Below, piece after piece: positions 28,620 through 37,782 of a stretch of DNA of 50,379 nt. The position numbers were made by a program, and so were the translations under genes. The stretch spans positions 1 through 50,379 of the forward strand of contig JBIOIY010000014.1 of the NCBI GenBank assembly GCA_044450345.1. The letters are read 5' to 3'. The notes under the pieces are model-generated. The model saw only the letters and a program-made list of their open reading frames with translations. It was not told where the DNA came from and searched no databases. Position 1 is the stretch's first letter. Every line of letters begins with the position of its first letter. The stretch comes from Thermodesulfovibrionales bacterium. GTDB taxonomy: Bacteria; Nitrospirota; Thermodesulfovibrionia; Thermodesulfovibrionales; UBA6898.

Positions 28620-29042
28620 TTATGCCTTCACGGTCTTAAGCCGGAAGTGCCTATCCGCGTATTCGTCGGTCTTCTTAATGAGAAGCCAGTCTTTCTCCTT
28701 GCCCGACATCCTGGCCAGGACGAACATGCCCTTAAGCTTTTTCCCCTTGAGGACTATCTCCAATTTCCCGGTCCCGATACTGCCTCCCTTCAGTTCGAAG
28801 GCGCCCTTGTCCCATATAAAAACCTCTCCGGCCCCGTACATCCCCTCTGGTATAGTGCCTTCAAAGCCCGCATAGTCGAGAGGATGGTCGTCGACCATGA
28901 CCGCGAGCCTCTTTTCGGCGGGGTTCATCGAAGGGCCTTTGGGAACGGCCCATGATTTCAGTACTCCGGCCATCTCGAGTCTCAGGTCGAAGTGGAGCCT
29001 CTTTGCATGGTGCTCGTGGACAACGAAGATCGACATGTTCAC
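28620..29042 (-). CDS. Stand-alone LigD-type 3'-phosphoesterase domain protein
   Basis: FVVHEHHAKRLHFDLRLE, LKSWAVPKGPS, KRLAV..DDHPLDY, WDKG. Confidence 0.93.
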   Translation of the reverse strand: MNMSIFVVHEHHAKRLHFDLRLEMAGVLKSWAVPKGPSMNPAEKRLAVMVDDHPLDYAGFEGTIPEGMYGAGEVFIWDKGAFELKGGSIGTGKLEIVLKGKKLKGMFVLARMSGKEKDWLLIKKTDEYADRHFRLKTVKA

Positions 29043-29069
29043 CTCATACCCGCATCTCTGGAGAGCCTG

Positions 29070-29804
29070 TCAGTTCTCTCTCCTTATCTTGAGAGCAAGG
29101 AGCGTCGACATCCCTGCTAAAAAAAGTATACCACCGATAAGGGCCCATAATGCGCCGGGGTCCCTGCTCACCTCTATGAGAGCCGCCGGGAAAGGTTGAA
29201 ACCTCACGGTTTTTATATAAATGCCGAATCCGCCCTGGAAAGAGGGGCTGTTGGGCTTTATGACATCACTCCTGAACCGGGCCCCTTCCCTCAGATAACT
29301 TATCTCGGCAGACCAATCGCTGATATATCCCGAGAGATCCGCTTCAGCCGTGATCTCTTCAAAGCGTACGGTCGTGCCGTCGGCAAGCGTGACGGCAGAC
29401 CCTTTCGTTACAAAGCCGGTGTCCCTCGAACTTCCATAGGAACTTAGGAGGTGTGCAAGAAGTACGAAGAGGAACCCTATATGAATTACCTGCGGAGACA
29501 GAACAAGAAGAAGATTTTTCGCACCCCTCTTTTTTAAAACGGATTCGATGCTGCAAAAAAGCGTATTGGCGGTAAGGAGCGAAAGGACCCCTATCGCGGC
29601 CCATAACCACCAGACAACGCCTAAAGGGTTCTCCGTCATCCACTGGAAAAGCGGCACAGCATGCAGCGTCTGAAATTCTTCCTTCACCGGCATAAGGAGC
29701 GAGCCGTAAAAGAGGATGCATAACAGCGCAAAAAGCATCCCTATGGCGGTCCTCAGGGAGAGGAAGAAATCAAGGATTTTCTTGAGCATATGCATCCCCG
29801 CCAC
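29070..29804 (-). CDS. ResB/CcsB-like cytochrome c biogenesis protein, compact form
   Basis: FFLSLRTAI N-terminus, TM His (HIGFLFVL), C-terminal RDPG plus TM helix; adjacent to ccsA. Confidence 0.82.
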   Translation of the reverse strand: MAGMHMLKKILDFFLSLRTAIGMLFALLCILFYGSLLMPVKEEFQTLHAVPLFQWMTENPLGVVWWLWAAIGVLSLLTANTLFCSIESVLKKRGAKNLLLVLSPQVIHIGFLFVLLAHLLSSYGSSRDTGFVTKGSAVTLADGTTVRFEEITAEADLSGYISDWSAEISYLREGARFRSDVIKPNSPSFQGGFGIYIKTVRFQPFPAALIEVSRDPGALWALIGGILFLAGMSTLLALKIRREN

Positions 29805-29807
29805 TCT

Positions 29808-30566
29808 CTAAAATGCATGTGAGCTTTTCATAAACAGGCTCACGCCGAGGTAGGTGAACATTACGATAACAAACCCGATTATCCCGAGCACCGCCGAAGG
29901 TTTTCCCGACCACCATTGTCTCAATCGCGCATGAAGGTAGAGACTGTAGAACAACCATAGTATCACCGTCCATAATTCCTTCGGGGTCCAGAGCCAGTAA
30001 GTGCCCCAGGCCAGGTAAGCCCATATACCCCCGAAGACCATGGCCGCAGAGAAAAGGCAGTAGCCAACAAGGATCGCTTTGTACTGGAGTACTTCTATGT
30101 TGTCGATAGAGACGTTTGCCGAAGCGGAACTGCTATCTCTCCTGTTTCCCCTGAAAATAATAAAGGTCACACCGAATGACGCAGCTATGCCGAAAAGCGC
30201 GTAAGAAAAAAAAGAGAGGGTCACATGCGATTCGAACCAGAAAGTCTTAAGCACAGGGGGCATGGGGGCGTTGTGCTGCGGATAAAAAAAAGAGATAAGA
30301 GCGAAGAAGATTGCAAGGCCTACAACCGGGGACAGATGCCTTCGCCTGTCTTCCAGCCCGAAGGTCATCGCCAGTCCAAAAAGAACAGTCGAGACCGAGA
30401 GGAAATAAAGTGTATCGTGCGGACCCAGGATCGGCAGCCTGCCCAGCTGCGCACCCCGGTAGAGCATATACCCTGCTTGGATGATAAAACCGGTGTAGAT
30501 AAAAACGGTCCTGTGAAATCCTAGAAGATAAAGGCCGGCAGGAAGGAGAGGGATGAGATTTGTCAT
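29808..30566 (-). CDS. ccsA: CcsA/ResC cytochrome c synthase (system II)
   Basis: WFESHV, GGIWAYLAWGTYWLWTPKE (WWD domain), YSLYLHAR. Confidence 0.9.
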   Translation of the reverse strand: MTNLIPLLPAGLYLLGFHRTVFIYTGFIIQAGYMLYRGAQLGRLPILGPHDTLYFLSVSTVLFGLAMTFGLEDRRRHLSPVVGLAIFFALISFFYPQHNAPMPPVLKTFWFESHVTLSFFSYALFGIAASFGVTFIIFRGNRRDSSSASANVSIDNIEVLQYKAILVGYCLFSAAMVFGGIWAYLAWGTYWLWTPKELWTVILWLFYSLYLHARLRQWWSGKPSAVLGIIGFVIVMFTYLGVSLFMKSSHAF

Positions 30567-30595
30567 GCCATGGTCAAGTTACGCCGTCCTAGCGA

Positions 30596-31069
30596 TCATC
30601 TCTTGAAGGTGCCGCTCTTCCCTCCGCGTTTTTCAAGAAGGAGGATGTCGGAGATTATCATCTCCCTGTCGACCGACTTGCACATATCGTATATCGTCAG
30701 GGCTGCAGCGGCTACGGCAGTGAGGGCCTCCATCTCGACGCCCGTCACGCCCCTTATCTTGGCCCTCGACTCTATGAGTATCCGGCCCCTTTTTTCGTCG
30801 TATTCGAATGCGACCTCGACCGAAGTAATATTCAGAGGATGGCACATAGGTATGATCTCGGCTGTCTTTTTCGCCGCCATTATGCCGGCAATGCGCGCAA
30901 CTCCCAGAACATCGCCCTTCGACATTTTCCCGTCCCGTATCATCCCCAGGGTCGTCTTCTTCATTGACACGGACCCCTTGGCAACTGCCTCTCTCACAGT
31001 CTCAGGTTTTTCAGAGACATCCACCATCCGGGCCCTTCCCCTGGCATCAAAATGAGTAAGTTTGCTCAT
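30596..31069 (-). CDS. moaC: Cyclic pyranopterin monophosphate synthase
   Basis: [36 protein letters not shown]; start ATG 31069 overlapping the moaA stop. Confidence 0.97.
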   Translation of the reverse strand: MSKLTHFDARGRARMVDVSEKPETVREAVAKGSVSMKKTTLGMIRDGKMSKGDVLGVARIAGIMAAKKTAEIIPMCHPLNITSVEVAFEYDEKRGRILIESRAKIRGVTGVEMEALTAVAAAALTIYDMCKSVDREMIISDILLLEKRGGKSGTFKR

Positions 31070-32064
31070 CCGCCGATTTTCGACATCGGTCTTCTCCTGT
31101 TCTGATCGAGGGCCGCGGGTCCAATGAGGGCCATGTTGTGGCCCTCCGGTTTTATCTCGATCGAGAGCCTGATAAGACGTTCTATCTCCGAATCCGGTTC
31201 GCCGCATCTCATGGCGGCCCTCAGATCGATCTCGGTTTCAGAGAAAAGGCATGGCCTTAGCTTGCCGTCAGACGTCAACCGCAGACGGTTACAGTCCCCG
31301 CAGAAATGATGAGTGAGGGCGCTGATGAATCCGATGACGCCCTTCGCCCCTTTCAGTCTGAAATATCGTGACGGCCCGTCTTTTCTCATTCGGACCGGAC
31401 TCAGCGGTGCGATTGTCTCTATCTTCTTTCTGAGTTCATCGGTGGTTATATACTTATCAGGACTCCAGTAATCATTATGGCCCGAAGGCATGAACTCTAT
31501 AAATCTGACGTGATATTCCGAGTCGAGGGTAAGACGGGCGAAGTCGAGTATCTCGTCGTCGTTTACTCCCCGTATGGGCACCATGTTTATTTTGATAGGG
31601 CGGAGGCCGGCCTTTTCAGCAGTTGCAAGCCCTCTCAAGACAACATCGAGATCGCCGCCCCTTGTGATCTCCCCGTATCTCACCGGATCGAATGAATCAA
31701 TGCTTATATTTACCCTGTTAAGGCCTGCTGCCGCTATTTCGGTGCAGTATTTTTCCAGGAGGATGCCGTTCGTCGTCAGGCTCAGGTCTTCGACACCGGG
31801 TATTTTTTTTATCGAGGAGACAAGGAACGCAATATTCTTCCTTGTCAGGGGTTCACCGCCGGTGAGCCGGACCTTTCTCACTCCCAGCCCGGCCCCGATT
31901 TTCACTATCCTGACTATCTCTTCATAGGTGAGGATGTCCTTGTGTTCAGAAGGGACGACACCGTCGGGCGGCATGCAATAGAGGCACCGCAGGTTGCAAC
32001 GGTCTGTGACAGAAACCCTCAGGTAATCTATGACCCTGAGAAAGTTGTCCTTCAGTCCGGTCAT
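31066..32064 (-). CDS. moaA: GTP 3',8-cyclase (radical SAM)
   Basis: [41 protein letters not shown]-terminal MSKIGG. Confidence 0.97.
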   Translation of the reverse strand: MTGLKDNFLRVIDYLRVSVTDRCNLRCLYCMPPDGVVPSEHKDILTYEEIVRIVKIGAGLGVRKVRLTGGEPLTRKNIAFLVSSIKKIPGVEDLSLTTNGILLEKYCTEIAAAGLNRVNISIDSFDPVRYGEITRGGDLDVVLRGLATAEKAGLRPIKINMVPIRGVNDDEILDFARLTLDSEYHVRFIEFMPSGHNDYWSPDKYITTDELRKKIETIAPLSPVRMRKDGPSRYFRLKGAKGVIGFISALTHHFCGDCNRLRLTSDGKLRPCLFSETEIDLRAAMRCGEPDSEIERLIRLSIEIKPEGHNMALIGPAALDQNRRRPMSKIGG

Positions 32065-32945
32065 CTCTTTTTTCCGGCGGGTTTTTTCTCAAGCTCGGCG
32101 ATCTTCTTCTTCGCGAGAGCGGCTTCCTTCGAGTTGGGGTATTTTTCCAGGAGCCGTGCGAGGATCGTTTTGCCGGTTTTTTTGTCCCCTATCTCGATGA
32201 AGGACAGCCCCTGCTTCAAAAGTGCGCCGCTTGTTTTGTCGCTCTCCGGATATTTTTTTAGAAGCGTTTCGTAAGCGAGGATGGCGCTCTCAAAATCCTT
32301 CTCAGCATAGTAGGTCTCGGCTACCCAGAACTGCGCGTTTCCTGAGAGTTTGCCCTTAGGGGAGTCCTTCAGGAACGCGTCGAACTTTTCCCTCGCCTCT
32401 TTATACTTTTTTTCCTTGAACGCCTGATATGCGGCCTCATAGGCGTTGGTCTTATCATTCTCGGTTTCCTTCGCCTGCTCTTCACCTGTTGGTTCGGTCT
32501 TTGCCTGCTCGGGCTCTGTCTTTTGACCTTCAGCAGGCTTCTGCGCAGCGCCCTCTATGGATGCGAGTTTGTCTTTGAGGGCCTTTACCTGGGTCTCGAT
32601 CGAGGCTATCTGTGCCCGCGCGATGTCCTTTTCGGCAACTACATCTTTCAGTGTTTTTTCCATATTGTACTTGTATTCTTCAAACCGTCCCTGCAATTCA
32701 CGGAGGTTGCTTGAGACTTCTGAAAGTCGAGAGTTGACATCGGTCTGGCTTTCCCGAAGCGCAGCGAATGACTCCTCCTTGACCACTCCGGACGTTTTTT
32801 CCTTCAGGAAATCCACTTCCTTTTTCGTCTCGACGGATTCTCGCCGCACGTCATTGATGTCTCGCCTGAGCGTGTCAAAGTCGCTTGAAGAAGCACACGC
32901 AGTGACAAGAAGAAACAGGAGCAGAACAGAGGTCAGGCGTGCCAC
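32061..32945 (-). CDS. cpoB: Cell division coordinator CpoB (YbgF), predicted lipoprotein
   Basis: GTG 32945 overlaps the pal stop; LVTAC lipobox, coiled coil, TPR C-terminus (NAQFWVAETYY, ALLKQG). Confidence 0.9.
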   Translation of the reverse strand: MARLTSVLLLFLLVTACASSSDFDTLRRDINDVRRESVETKKEVDFLKEKTSGVVKEESFAALRESQTDVNSRLSEVSSNLRELQGRFEEYKYNMEKTLKDVVAEKDIARAQIASIETQVKALKDKLASIEGAAQKPAEGQKTEPEQAKTEPTGEEQAKETENDKTNAYEAAYQAFKEKKYKEAREKFDAFLKDSPKGKLSGNAQFWVAETYYAEKDFESAILAYETLLKKYPESDKTSGALLKQGLSFIEIGDKKTGKTILARLLEKYPNSKEAALAKKKIAELEKKPAGKKR

Positions 32946-33502
32946 TAATTGCCCGCCTTCCCCAGTACAACGAAGTGCGCACGACGGTTCTTGGCCCAGC
33001 ACTCTTCCGTCTGTTCGGTGCAGAGAGGTTTTTCTTCCCCGTAACTGATAGTCTCGACCTTGGATGACGGGACGCCGAGGGAAACTAAAAAGTCCTTCAC
33101 CGCCTTCGCCCTTCTGTCGCCCAGGGCGAGGTTGTATTCGTTTGTTCCGCGTTCGTCGCAGTGGCCTTCAACAGACAGTTTCGCTTTGGAGTTTTTTGTC
33201 ATCCACGAAGCAACGGACTTCAGTTCGGACTTGTATTCGTCTTTTATTGTGTATTTGTCATAATCGAAGTGGATGTCTTTGAACATGCCTTCTTTTTCTT
33301 CCAAAGCGCCGGCGCCCTTCTCCTGCGACTCAACGGATTCTTTCCCTGATGCAATCTTCTGTTCGGTTATCTTTTCCGGGGTCTTCTGAGCACCCTCTTT
33401 CTGCTCTTTGGCCGGCTGTTCAGCCTCAGGTTTGGTCGCCGCCTTCTGGCACCCGAACGAGATAAAAGCTACTAATGCAAACAACACCCAAAACCTTTTC
33501 AT
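32945..33502 (-). CDS. pal: Peptidoglycan-associated lipoprotein
   Basis: Lipobox ISFGC, IHFDYDK, VEGHCDERGTNEYNLALGDRRA, ISYGEEKP. Confidence 0.97.
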   Translation of the reverse strand: MKRFWVLFALVAFISFGCQKAATKPEAEQPAKEQKEGAQKTPEKITEQKIASGKESVESQEKGAGALEEKEGMFKDIHFDYDKYTIKDEYKSELKSVASWMTKNSKAKLSVEGHCDERGTNEYNLALGDRRAKAVKDFLVSLGVPSSKVETISYGEEKPLCTEQTEECWAKNRRAHFVVLGKAGN

Positions 33503-33532
33503 GATATTCCTCCTCTACATAAAAATAAAATA

Positions 33533-34966
33533 TTAATTAGGAGACCATCTCGGACCAAAGGCCCTCAGGTCTTTCGGGGTTATCCTGTGCTGTGATTCGC
33601 CGTTTGCCCTCATGATATAAACACTCTTCGCACGGTCCCTGTCGGAAGTGAACGCAATATACCTTCCATCCGGCGAAAAAGAAGGGTCTTCGTTATTGCC
33701 GGCATCGGTAAGTTGGGTCAGTTCAGAACCGTCGGGCTTTACAATGAAAATCTGGTTCTTGCCTCTTCTTCCCGAAAAGGCGATCCTGTCACCGTTTGGC
33801 GACCAGCAGGGAGAGGTATTATAGTTGCCCTCAAACGACACCCTCCTCACCTCACTGCCGTCTGAGCGCATGACGTAAATCTGGGGGGTCCCGCCCCTGT
33901 CGGAAACAAAGGCGATGAACTGCCCGTCAGGAGAAACCGAAGGAGATACTTCGATCCCATGGGTGGAAGTCAGTTTCTTCAGGCCGCCGTTATCGATATT
34001 ATAGGTAAACAGATCAGGGGTACCGTCTTTTGTGGATGAGAAGACAAAACTGTTACCTTTCGGGAAAAAATCACCGGCCATATTTGTTCCCTTCGAAACG
34101 AAAATCCTCTTTTCCGTCATTTTCAGAAAGTCTAACAAATATATGCCCCATTGTCTACTCCGTTCAGATGCATAGATTGCTCTCGTCCCGTCTGCAGACC
34201 AATGGGGAGAAAGCAGGAGAGAACTCCTCAGTCCAAGCTTTCTGAGCCTCTGTCCGTCCCAGTCCATCACGTAAAGGTCCTTCTCTCCCCTACGTTCTCC
34301 TGCGAAAAGGATCCTTGTCCTGAAGACACCGGGCCTTCCCGTCAGCAGGCCATAGATGTCATTTGAGATTGTATGGCCGAGCTGCCTGAGCAGGGATCTC
34401 TCCGCCTGATACTCTTTGCTGAGCACCGCCTTTCCTTCTGAGGTGTCGTAAAGGGTTATGGATACAGTCAGTTTTGTGTCTTCCCGGACCGCCCCCTTGA
34501 CTACCGCCTCTACGCCGAGCGGTGTCCAGTTCTTCGGATCGAAAGGCTGCGAGATCGGTTCAATGTACGCTGCGCTATCGACATAGGTGAAGAGCCCTGT
34601 AAAAACGAGGTCGTCCCTGATCACGTCGGAGATTTCCTTACCCCCGGCGCCGGACAGCTCATAAATAGCGATCGGGACTTTTTTCGCGGAGGGGGAGGTG
34701 ATGTCGATATATATCTTCGCCTCTGAGGAAGTGAATAGTGAAAAGTAAATAGTGAAAAGTGCAAAGAAAAACCACATATTACGGATGCCAAAAGTAAAGC
34801 CCCGTCCCGGTGTTATTCCGTCATTCCGGCTTGTCCGGAATCTTTCTTTGTTTTCAGAAGGATTCCCGACGCGCTTCGCTTGCGGGAATGACAATCGTGT
34901 GGCCTCACTTACAACTTTCTCAGTAAGACACGGTTTTGATATGTGCGACTGGGACTTTCTTTTCAT
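33533..34966 (-). CDS. tolB: Tol-Pal beta-propeller protein TolB (start uncertain; alternative ATG at 34777)
   Basis: KIYIDIT N-domain, repeated SPxxSPDG..IAF.S.R blades; lies between tolA and pal. Confidence 0.94.
   Translation of the reverse strand: MKRKSQSHISKPCLTEKVVSEATRLSFPQAKRVGNPSENKERFRTSRNDGITPGRGFTFGIRNMWFFFALFTIYFSLFTSSEAKIYIDITSPSAKKVPIAIYELSGAGGKEISDVIRDDLVFTGLFTYVDSAAYIEPISQPFDPKNWTPLGVEAVVKGAVREDTKLTVSITLYDTSEGKAVLSKEYQAERSLLRQLGHTISNDIYGLLTGRPGVFRTRILFAGERRGEKDLYVMDWDGQRLRKLGLRSSLLLSPHWSADGTRAIYASERSRQWGIYLLDFLKMTEKRIFVSKGTNMAGDFFPKGNSFVFSSTKDGTPDLFTYNIDNGGLKKLTSTHGIEVSPSVSPDGQFIAFVSDRGGTPQIYVMRSDGSEVRRVSFEGNYNTSPCWSPNGDRIAFSGRRGKNQIFIVKPDGSELTQLTDAGNNEDPSFSPDGRYIAFTSDRDRAKSVYIMRANGESQHRITPKDLRAFGPRWSPN
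34731..34765. repeat. Degenerate 7-bp tandem repeat (5 units) in the tolB signal peptide
   Basis: GTGAATA GTGAAAA GTAAATA GTGAAAA GTGCAAA. Confidence 0.7.
34820..34892. repeat. Palindromic repeat element (GTCATTCC...GGAATGAC; RPE/dRS3-like)
   Basis: Terminal inverted repeat plus internal hairpins ATTCCGG-N5-CCGGAAT and ATTCCCG-N14-CGGGAAT. Confidence 0.8.
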
Positions 34967-34972
34967 TAGTAT

Positions 34973-35647
34973 CTAGTTTTTTGGTGAAAACCTGATCCCT
35001 ATCTCCATTTCGTACTGCGGACGGGTGACGGGACTCGCTTTCTGGATCGTCTCCAAAACATATCTATCGTAAAATCTGTTGCCGGATTTTTTTTCAAAGC
35101 CTTCGACGGTGAGTGTTCCGTCCCTTCCTATCTTTACAGATACAATAGCTTCAAGATCTTTATCCCTAAGAAAATCGGGTACCTCCCAGTGGGACTGAAT
35201 CTGGCCTGTAATCTTATCTATATAACTCGCTTCACCTTCTCCCACGGCGGAACCAGAGCTAGTGCCCTGCATAGGCGGCTTTACTGAAGTCCGGCTTCCT
35301 TTCCCCTGGATAGAGACAAGGGAACGCAACCTTACAATCTGATGCAACTTCTCTTCTGCCTTCCTCTTGGCTTTGAGGGCCGCGATGCTTTCGTCGATTG
35401 TCTTGAGCTCTTTTTTTTCTTCAATATGGGTTGTTGTCTGATTTTTTTCGACTGGGGATACGGCTCCGGTTTCAGCCGCCGCCCCTCTTTTTTGGGTCTC
35501 GCCCGCGGGGCCGACCAGGCTTACGATGTATGGGGAGGGCATAACCATTTCATGGGATTGTCTCAGGATAAGGAAAGACAGAAGAACGAACATCATATGA
35601 AGGCCGGCGGAGAGGACCGCTGTCTTCTGGAGAGAAGGGCCTTTCAT
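34973..35647 (-). CDS. tolA: TolA/TonB-like energy transducer
   Basis: N-terminal S-x3-H TM motif (SAGLH), TonB-type C-terminal domain (IQSHWEVP, SGNRFYD); position in the tol operon. Confidence 0.85.
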   Translation of the reverse strand: MKGPSLQKTAVLSAGLHMMFVLLSFLILRQSHEMVMPSPYIVSLVGPAGETQKRGAAAETGAVSPVEKNQTTTHIEEKKELKTIDESIAALKAKRKAEEKLHQIVRLRSLVSIQGKGSRTSVKPPMQGTSSGSAVGEGEASYIDKITGQIQSHWEVPDFLRDKDLEAIVSVKIGRDGTLTVEGFEKKSGNRFYDRYVLETIQKASPVTRPQYEMEIGIRFSPKN

Positions 35648-36045
35648 TTCATGTCAAGCTTCGGTTCTGTGATCATCCCGAGTTTTTCTATCCCTGCCTC
35701 CTTTATCTCGCCCATGACTTCGACAACAAGTCCGTAGGGAACGTCTTTGTCTGCCTTGAGAAAGATATTTGGGTTTAATTTACTGATCGCCTCCAGTTTC
35801 TGGCGCATATGAGGGATCGTGATCGGCGTGTCGTTCATGTAAATGGTGCGATCTCTTTTTATCACAAGTGAGATCCTCTCTTCGGGAGGCAACTCCTTGC
35901 CCTTTGCCTTCGGAAGGTTTACGTCCACCCCCTGCTGAAGAAGCGGTGCGGTCACCATAAAGATGACCAGGAGGACGAGCATTACGTCCACAAAAGGCGT
36001 GACGTTTATCTCGGAGAGGACGGTCCTGTCTCTGTTGGTCTTCAT
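35644..36045 (-). CDS. tolR: TolR
   Basis: SEINVTPFVDVMLVLLVIFMVTAP, KADKDVPYG. Confidence 0.95.
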   Translation of the reverse strand: MKTNRDRTVLSEINVTPFVDVMLVLLVIFMVTAPLLQQGVDVNLPKAKGKELPPEERISLVIKRDRTIYMNDTPITIPHMRQKLEAISKLNPNIFLKADKDVPYGLVVEVMGEIKEAGIEKLGMITEPKLDMK

Positions 36046-36671
36046 TCGCCTGCTGTGGTGAAGAGCTCGAGGAGGTCCTCCGAGAAATCCTCCATCTCGA
36101 CTATCATCTTCCTTGACATACTCAGATAGTAGTTGTAGGCGATGACCGCAGGGATGGCGGCCGCAAGCCCCACGGCGGTCGCAATGAGTGCCTCCGCGAT
36201 ACCAGGGGCGACTACCGCGAGCGAAGCGGAGCCGGCAGTCCCTATCCCGTGGAACGAATTCATAATGCCCCAGACAGTGCCGAAAAGGCCTATAAAAGGT
36301 GAAGTGGAACCGGTCGTGGCGAGGAAATTAAGGTATTTTTCGAGCTTTACCGATTCGAGGGTCTCGTATCTTCTCAGTAGCCGCTTTACCTCGCTTCTGT
36401 CACGGTCTGCTCCGTCTGCATAAACGGACTTAAAGACATTTGCGATCGGGCTGATAGAAAGATTTTTTGTTGCTTTGAAAAGGTTTTTGGGGTCACGGTT
36501 TGTCCGGTAGATCCTCAAGAACTGTTCCGACTCGTTGTTTGCCTTCGAAAAGTACCTCTGTTTAAAGAAGATAATCGCCCACGACATGACAGAGAAAAAC
36601 AAGAGTATCAGCAGAACTATTTTTACAACGATACCTGCATGGAGTATCACTGAGAAAACTGAATCTTTCAT
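36042..36671 (-). CDS. tolQ: TolQ
   Basis: LATTGSTSPFIGLFGTVWGIM, VAPGIAEALIATAVGL. Confidence 0.96.
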   Translation of the reverse strand: MKDSVFSVILHAGIVVKIVLLILLFFSVMSWAIIFFKQRYFSKANNESEQFLRIYRTNRDPKNLFKATKNLSISPIANVFKSVYADGADRDRSEVKRLLRRYETLESVKLEKYLNFLATTGSTSPFIGLFGTVWGIMNSFHGIGTAGSASLAVVAPGIAEALIATAVGLAAAIPAVIAYNYYLSMSRKMIVEMEDFSEDLLELFTTAGE

Positions 36672-36838
36672 TCACTACCCCTTAGAAGTTTTGTTAGAAT
36701 TTAAAAAATTCGTCCGATAAAAGTCAAATTAAGATTTATTCACCATATCTATAATACCTTATATTGTATATCGTAGACACGAATTAATTAATTGATGTCT
36801 TTCAGGTGATACGAGAGGTGCTCATTGATCGGGCAGTT

Positions 36839-36852
36839 TTGAGGAAGATCAA
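36839..36852. promoter_or_regulatory. FNR/CRP-family binding site candidate
   Basis: TTGAG-GAAG-ATCAA, 9/10 match to TTGAT-N4-ATCAA; weaker TTGAT-GTCT-TTCAG at 36792-36805. Confidence 0.5.
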
Positions 36853-37078
36853 ATATATTCGCGCACAATAAGATTCTGAACAAGGGTGCAATTTCTTTGA
36901 AGGCCACGAGGACTAGAATGACGAGGTCGGATGTCGGCGGGCCGCATATAATTGCTGTTCATTCCCCCGCTGTGGATGGGGCATAATACCACTTGTTTGC
37001 CGTGATCTATTTGATAAGATGTAATTGTAGAGAAAGAGGACCAGTGAGAATGTCCAGGAGGACAAAAGGAGCATCAAA

Positions 37079-37450
37079 ATGGTGAGAATAAGGAACATAG
37101 GCGGGGAGAGAGTAAGGAAAGGGAATTACTGGAACTTTTCGACAGGTGAGAGGGTGTATATGGAAGAGGCCGGGACTCTTCCGGGGGATGAGACGCAAAG
37201 GTACTACAGAGTTCCTCCAATAATAATACTTATTGTGGGACCTATACTGGGATTGATGTATTTTTTAATTTTTCCGTTTATCGGAGTAGCAGTGTTTGCG
37301 GCAGTGCTTTTCAAAAAGCTCTCCGGAAGATTCGCGCGGAGCGCTCATAGGGGCGCGGCATTCGGCTGGAAGCCAAGTGAGGCTTACCTGGCGAGAACGA
37401 AACACAAGGCGAAGAAGGGGGAAAGGAGCGAAGAGGAAAAGAAAGAATAA
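37079..37450 (+). CDS. Hypothetical membrane protein
   Basis: SD AAGGAG; soluble N-terminus (GNYWNFSTGE), ~35-aa hydrophobic stretch, charged tail. Confidence 0.8.
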   Translation: MVRIRNIGGERVRKGNYWNFSTGERVYMEEAGTLPGDETQRYYRVPPIIILIVGPILGLMYFLIFPFIGVAVFAAVLFKKLSGRFARSAHRGAAFGWKPSEAYLARTKHKAKKGERSEEEKKE

Positions 37451-37782
37451 GAGTCTGCAAAATGGGGGCAAACTGATAATCACTCGCCACGCAGGCGAAA
37501 TAATAATGGAAATACAATGTGCAAAAACTAAAAGTGCTGAAGTTCAACTGTTACCATGCTAAAATTTGGAAAAAGCCTTCTACACTCCTGAGGGGAGGCA
37601 AGGGAATGCTTGGAAGTGTGTCCCGCAACATTCTCATGCATTCCAAATGTTCTCTTTTGATCGGGAAGACATGCCCATGAAGAGCAATACGGACAGGCTT
37701 TCATGCGATCTGGACCCCTGCCTATCCTGCTGATATTTCTCAGAATGACTCTCGCGTTTTTCCGGGAGCATAGGAGGCGCAC

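Noticed and set aside
36938..36957. Sigma54 promoter-like GCCGCATATAATTGC upstream of the 37079 ORF
   Set aside because: The required GG at -24 is missing at the GG-N10-GC spacing
37476..37560. GGCAAAC suggesting a c-di-GMP-I (GEMM) riboswitch
   Set aside because: No GNRA-capped stem or downstream GCAAAGC-type junction and second stem
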